Assembly: GCF_963506605.1 (NCBI RefSeq)
Contig: NC_083283.1
Span: 83,452,001-83,516,000 of the forward strand
From: Zootoca vivipara
Taxonomy: Eukaryota
Length of the DNA: 64,000 bases
Direction: 5' to 3'
The position numbers were made by a program, and so were the translations under genes. The notes under the pieces are model-generated. The model made no database searches. It was not told the DNA's origin and worked only from the letters and a program-made list of their open reading frames with translations. Positions 58,894 to 64,000 of this stretch are shown here, piece after piece. Each line of letters opens with the position of its first letter. The first letter of the stretch is position 1.

Positions 58894-61455
58894 CTGTTTG
58901 CAGCTCTGCCCTTCCTTATTGATATTTGAATCATTTGCAGTAAACAGAGGTCCAGAGATTTGAGAAGCCTGATGTCCTGTCAGTGTGTTTGTACAGCTTT
59001 CAATGGGGAAAAAAATCTGACTTTTCCGAGAGCCCGAACTGAGTGAAAATTCATGGCAATAAGTCTGAAGAAATGCCCTGACTCCATCAATGCCTACAAA
59101 CTGTGAAACAGGAACCCCATTTAAATTTACACTTCCAGTGTCACATAACTGAGAATGTCTCCACTTACGAAGCCTTAGTACCAATAATACAAGGAGGAAA
59201 GTGAAGAACAAGCAGGAGACAAAAGCCACTGCAGTCACCAGGTAGAAAGTGAGGTCAGACTCAAGACTGATAGGAGCTGAGATGGTGCCCAGATCAGTGA
59301 GCATGTCAGGGATGCTGTCAGCCAAGACCACAGTAACAGTGACTGAAACCGACATTGGAGGCTGCCCATTGTCCTTGACTAAAACCACCAGGCTTTGCTT
59401 GAGGGCATCTTTCTCCAGAAAGAAGCGGGCTGTCCTGATCTCTCCCGTGTGGAGCCCCAGAGTGAAGAGCCCTGGCTCAGTGGCCTTGATCAGCTGGTAG
59501 GAGAGCCAGGCATTCTGGCCAGAGTCCGCATCCACGGCCACCACCTTAGTAACCAGGTAGCCTGGCTCAGAGGAGCGAGGGGCCAGCTCTATCCCTGTGG
59601 AGCCGTCGGTGGGAGGGGAGGGGTATAGGATTTGGGGAGCATTGTCATTTTGGTCCAGGATGAAGAGAGTCACTGAGACATTGGAGCTGAGTGGTGGAGA
59701 ACCTCCGTCTTGGGCTTTGACCAGGAACTTAATCTCTTGAATCTCTTCATAATCAAAAGACCGTAAGACATAGATTACTCCAGTCTCAGAGTTTATAGAA
59801 AGGCAGGAGGAGAAGAAGGAGTAACTCATCTCACCTTCAGTGATTGAATAAGTAATTTTGCCATTCATCTCCCAGTCAGGATCAGTTGCTTTTAGTGTTA
59901 AAACAGAGGCTCCAGCTGAAGTATTTTCTGTAATTGAAGTAATATAGGACTTCTTTTTAAAGGTGGGTGGATTGTCATTTTTATCTAGTATTTTCAGTTG
60001 AATAGTGGTGGTTGTGGAGAGAGGAGGATTTCCTTTATCTGTTGCAATAACTGTAACATTGTAATTAGATACATCTTCTCGGTCCAGGGCTCTGCCAGTC
60101 ACTAAACTGTAATAATTATCAAACGTTTTCTCTAAATGAAATGGCGGGTTGCCAAAGATGGAGCAGGTAACCAGCCCATTGTCTTCAGAATCTCTGTCTA
60201 TTACTTTTAACAGGGCAATTATCGTTCCTTCTGGGCAGTCTTCACTCACAGCATTAGTAAGAGATGTGACTGCAATTTCTGGTGCATTATCATTTACATC
60301 AGTAATAGCCAACAAAATATTCGCTCGACCCGATAAGCCTCTTCCATCACGAGCTTGGACCTCCATTTCATACAAAGCACATTCTTCAAAATCTATCTCC
60401 TGCCTCACCCTTACTTCTCCAGTTCTCGGATCCAAATGGAAACTATTTGAAGCCTTTTCTGATACCTGCCTGAATGCATATGTTATCTCTGAATTAATGC
60501 CTTCATCCAGATCAGTAGCATGGACTGCTACAAGCAGGGAATTAACAGGAATGTTTTCTGCAGTGGTCACTTTATAAACAGATTCTGAAAAAACTGGCGC
60601 ATTGTCATTTGCATCTTCAACAGAAACTTTGATGTGTGCAGTTCCGGATTTGACAGGATTCCCCCCATCACTGGCTGTAAGGATTAAGTCAGGCATGTCA
60701 AACCTGCGGCCCTCCAGATGTTTTGGCCTACAACTCCCATGATCCCTAGCTAGCAGGACCAGTGGTTGGGGAAGATGGGAATTGTAGTCCAAAACATCTG
60801 GAGGGCCGCAGGTTTGACATGCCTGGATTAAGTCATGGAAAGCTTCTACTTCTCGGTCCATAGACTTTTCCAGTACTAACTCAGCATATTTGGCTCCACT
60901 TGCTGTCATTTGCACATCAAGAAAGAAGTGTCTGTTAGGGCTGATTTGATAGCTCTGTAAAGCGTTCACTCCTAAATCTGGGTCCTGTGCATCTGGAAGG
61001 AGGAATCGGGATCCCACAGGTGTACTTTCTGGGATATTTAGCTGCAATGTCTCCACTTGGAAGGCTGGCGCATTGTCATTGATATCTTCGATTTCAATTT
61101 CTACTGTATAGACTTTTAGCTGCTCCTGAATAAGAATCTCCAACTTCAAAATACAAGTTAACAGACGTCCACATATTTCTTCTCTATCTAGTCTTTCATT
61201 AATATATAAATGGCCATTTTGGAAATTGAGGGCAAAATATTGTGTCCTACCTTCTGTAATAATCTGGACACCGCCAGGCAAGAGTTGCTTCATATCCAAT
61301 CCCAGATCCTGTGAGATATCCCCAACAAAAGAACCTTCCTGCAGTTCCTCAGGAACTGAATAATGGATCTGTCCAGCAACTGCCTGAAAAACAGCTAGCA
61401 GTACAAGGCAGGATGACCGTCTCCTTCTATCCAAGAGTATTTGTATACAAGCCAT
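58894..61455 (-). CDS. PCDHGA: Protocadherin gammaA-like variable exon 8, carrying an in-frame 48-aa MITE-derived insertion in EC2
   Basis: 862-aa ORF, about 48 aa longer than its paralogs; tail [17 protein letters not shown]; donor CAG|GTATGT at 58894/58893. Confidence 0.9.
60690..60825. mobile_element. Palindromic hAT MITE inserted in the coding sequence of Pcdh exon 8
   Basis: 37-bp perfect TIRs CAGGCATGTCAAACCTGCGGCCCTCCAGATGTTTTGG; perfect 8-bp TSD GATTAAGT (60682-60689, 60826-60833). Confidence 0.97.
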
Positions 61456-61664
61456 TTCAGCCTCTGCCAGGTCCTATCAGTCCATAGATAACAAGCACCA
61501 GTGTTTAAAGGCTCTCTTAATAGACTAATGTGCCTGTTTAAGGCTTCCTTTTATTTTCCATCAAACAAGATCCTCCTTTTTCTTTTAGGTCAGAGATTAT
61601 AATAAACCTTTTGTGTCTTTGCATCTCCGTGATCTATCTGGTTCAATCCAGTTTCTCTCCTCCT

Positions 61665-61692
61665 TGGTGAACAGTGACACCCAATGGATCAG
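61665..61692 (-). promoter_or_regulatory. CSE for exon 8 (CACT variant)
   Basis: GATCCATTGGGTGTCACTGTTCACCA about 218 bp upstream of the ATG. Confidence 0.75.
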
Positions 61693-62292
61693 TCAGTAAA
61701 TGCAGTGTTTTAAAAAGCTTTACAAAATAACATTTCATTCCTTTTTATTTAATAACAGGTATAAAAACAAACTTCCATTAACGTACTGCATCCCGTCTAG
61801 AAAGCTCAATGGAGATTGGGTAAGCACCACAATGGATGAGAAACACAGTGCAGCTCCTCTTCAGCAGGATTGTGTCAAAAGTAATCAGTGACTATTGATC
61901 TAATGACAATTTCCACCTTAGTTTTTTTAATCAACCTAATTCAGAGTGCAATCACATGGTTTTTTTGAAGTGTCTTCTCCCAGTGTGGGAGTAGGGTTGC
62001 TGGAATGAGGGAGGGAAGGGGCAGAGCCGTGTGTGTGTGTTTAGAGATGTGGGCTCAGATTTTATGCTGGATAGCCTTGCCTACATCTTCACTCAGAGGT
62101 AACCTGCTGGTGAATATTTAGTGTGTAGGGTGGTAGAAGACAGCAGCCAGTGAGGGAAAAGCACTCTGCACCTGCTCAGACATGCTTTTCTTTCCATATA
62201 ATAGTATCAGGTCTGCTATTGAAGACAGATTCTTAGACTAAGTACTGGAGGGTTCTTACTCAAATTAAGTCAGGGAAGACAGAGGCAAGAAT

Positions 62293-62870
62293 TTTGTTGT
62301 TTAGTCGTGTCCGACTCTTCATGACCCCATGGACCTGAGCATGCCAGGCACTGCTGTCTTCCACTGCCTCCCGCAGTTTGGTCAAACTCATGTTCGTAGC
62401 TTCGAGAACACTGTCCAACCATCTCATCCTCTGTCGTCCCCTTCTCCTAGTGCCCTCAATCTTTCCCAACATCAGGGTCTTTTCCAGGGAGTCTTCTCTT
62501 CTCATGAGGTGGCCAAAGTATTGGAGCCTCAGCTTCAGGATCTGTCCTTCCAGTGAGCACTCAGGGCTGATCTCCTTCAGAATGGATAAGTTTGATCTTC
62601 TTGAAGTCCATGGGACTCTCAAGAGTCTCCTCCAGCACCATAATTCAAAAGTATCAATCCTTTGGCGATCAGCCTTCTTTATGGTCCAGCTCTCACTTCC
62701 ATACATCACTACTGGGAAAACCATAGCTTTAACTATACGGACCTTTGTTGGCAAGGTGATGTCTCTGCTTTTGAAGATGCTGTCTAGGTTTGTCATTGCT
62801 TTTCCCCCAAGAAGCAGGTATCTTTTAATTTCGTGACTGCTGTCACCATCTGCAGTGATCATGGAACCCA
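62293..62870 (-). mobile_element. BovB (RTE LINE) 3' fragment with a 58-bp flanking direct repeat
   Basis: ORF 62260..62871 is BovB RT C-terminal sequence; direct repeat at 62235-62292 and 62871-62928. Confidence 0.92.
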
Positions 62871-63519
62871 AGACTAAGTACTGGAGGGTCCTTACACAAA
62901 TTAAGTCAGGGAAGACAGAGGCAAGAATAGTTTGCCTTAGAAAGAAAGAGAGGGAGTTACTGGAGGAGGGAAAATGAAGAGTGGCCGGTGAGTTATGCTG
63001 ATATTTGACTAGTCATTTATTATTATGCTTTGCTTCTCCTTCTTTGTAAAATGGGGCTCTAGCCTCTTTGACAGTCTTGTTACTGAAGGAGGGCTTATAA
63101 AATTGTCAATCAATTAAACATGCTGCATGTACTGTAGGTGTGCTATGTGTATTTGACTGTCATCGGTTATCTTATTTGGAACCACCTGCTTGCATACACT
63201 TTTAGTGTTTGTTTTGAAACACCTTTAAATCTGAATTTTGTTGGGCCACCTTTGCCCTCTGGATCACTGTGCTAGACTAGCCCCACCCACTCATGCACAA
63301 CAATGCGTTGAATGCTAAATTGTCTACAACTTTGTGGGGTCAGTTTCAGCTTCTGCAGCCTGAAGACACGGGCAGGGTGCTTGCAGGGGTGCCCTCTCAA
63401 TCCCTGCCAATATTGAGCCTGGGGGTTGACTGGATGGGTCCAAGCAGCAACGGTCTTTATTTTTATTTTTGCATGAGGGAGTGGCACTTAAAGAAGTTGG
63501 TGTGGGCACTACTGAAAAA

Positions 63520-63770
63520 GCCAGCCCTGGACAAATTGGCTTGCAGCAACTATTACCAAGTCTCAAGTAGCTTCATTCTGGGGAAAGTGAAAGAGTTGTG
63601 GTGGAACAACTGCAGCATTCCTGGATGAGAATGATTTTCTGGATCCATTCCAGTCTGGTTGATGCCTGAGTTCAGGACTGAATAAGCCTTGGTCTCTCTG
63701 ATGGATGACAATCCTTGATTCTTTTGCTTGATATCTCAGCAGCTTTCCGTACCATTGATAAAGTGCACCA
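63520..63770 (+). mobile_element. Degenerate L2 LINE RT fragment
   Basis: NYYQVSSSFILGKV and CTGGATCCATTCCAGTCTGG (LDPFQSG) resemble L2 ORF2. Confidence 0.5.
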
Positions 63771-64000
63771 GTGAAGACATCTTGGACCCTGGCCCCTCTC
63801 TGGTGTGTGCAGCAATGTGCAAATGTGGCTTGAAATGCAGCTAGGAAAATCTACCTCGCTGTGTTTTAAGCTGCTAGCGTTTACATAGCCTTAGTGTACA
63901 CCAACAGACAAGGATGGTATAAAATCCACTAGCTCCCAGGGGATTAGCAATCTTCCCTTCCCTCCCTCAATATCCTCTCTACCCAAGCACAGGCATCTCA

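Noticed and set aside
1513-59628. Recurrent 83-aa and 93-aa plus-strand ORFs in each gammaA exon
   Set aside because: These are antisense shadows of the homogenised EC6 coding block. They begin at GTG/TTG rather than ATG where checked and have no independent support.

Overview
Vertebrate genomic DNA, most likely a squamate (lizard), inferred from Sauria SINE, BovB, CR1, L2, Penelope and hAT/Tc-mariner MITE content. The window is part of the clustered protocadherin-gamma variable region on the minus strand. It holds eight ~2.4-kb variable exons: seven gammaA-like and one gammaB-like. Each exon has a signal peptide, six cadherin repeats, a TM segment and a phase-0 splice donor, with a conserved promoter element (CSE/CGCT box) about 200-240 bp upstream. 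The constant exons lie outside the window. The introns are packed with mobile DNA. This includes a very young, near-intact chromodomain Ty3/gypsy (Tf1/sushi-type) LTR element at 7937-13504, with apparently identical LTRs, a self-priming PBS, a -1 frameshift pseudoknot and a pol ORF that runs through U3. There is also a decayed Ty1/copia element with nested SINE and BovB insertions, a Penelope fragment with a hammerhead ribozyme motif, a Helitron, a solo LTR and many MITEs. The most striking observation is a 136-bp hAT MITE plus 8-bp TSD (144 bp) inserted in frame, with no stop, into cadherin repeat EC2 of the last exon. It adds 48 amino acids to a domain involved in protocadherin self-recognition. 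All calls were made by eye from the sequence; no database searches were run.
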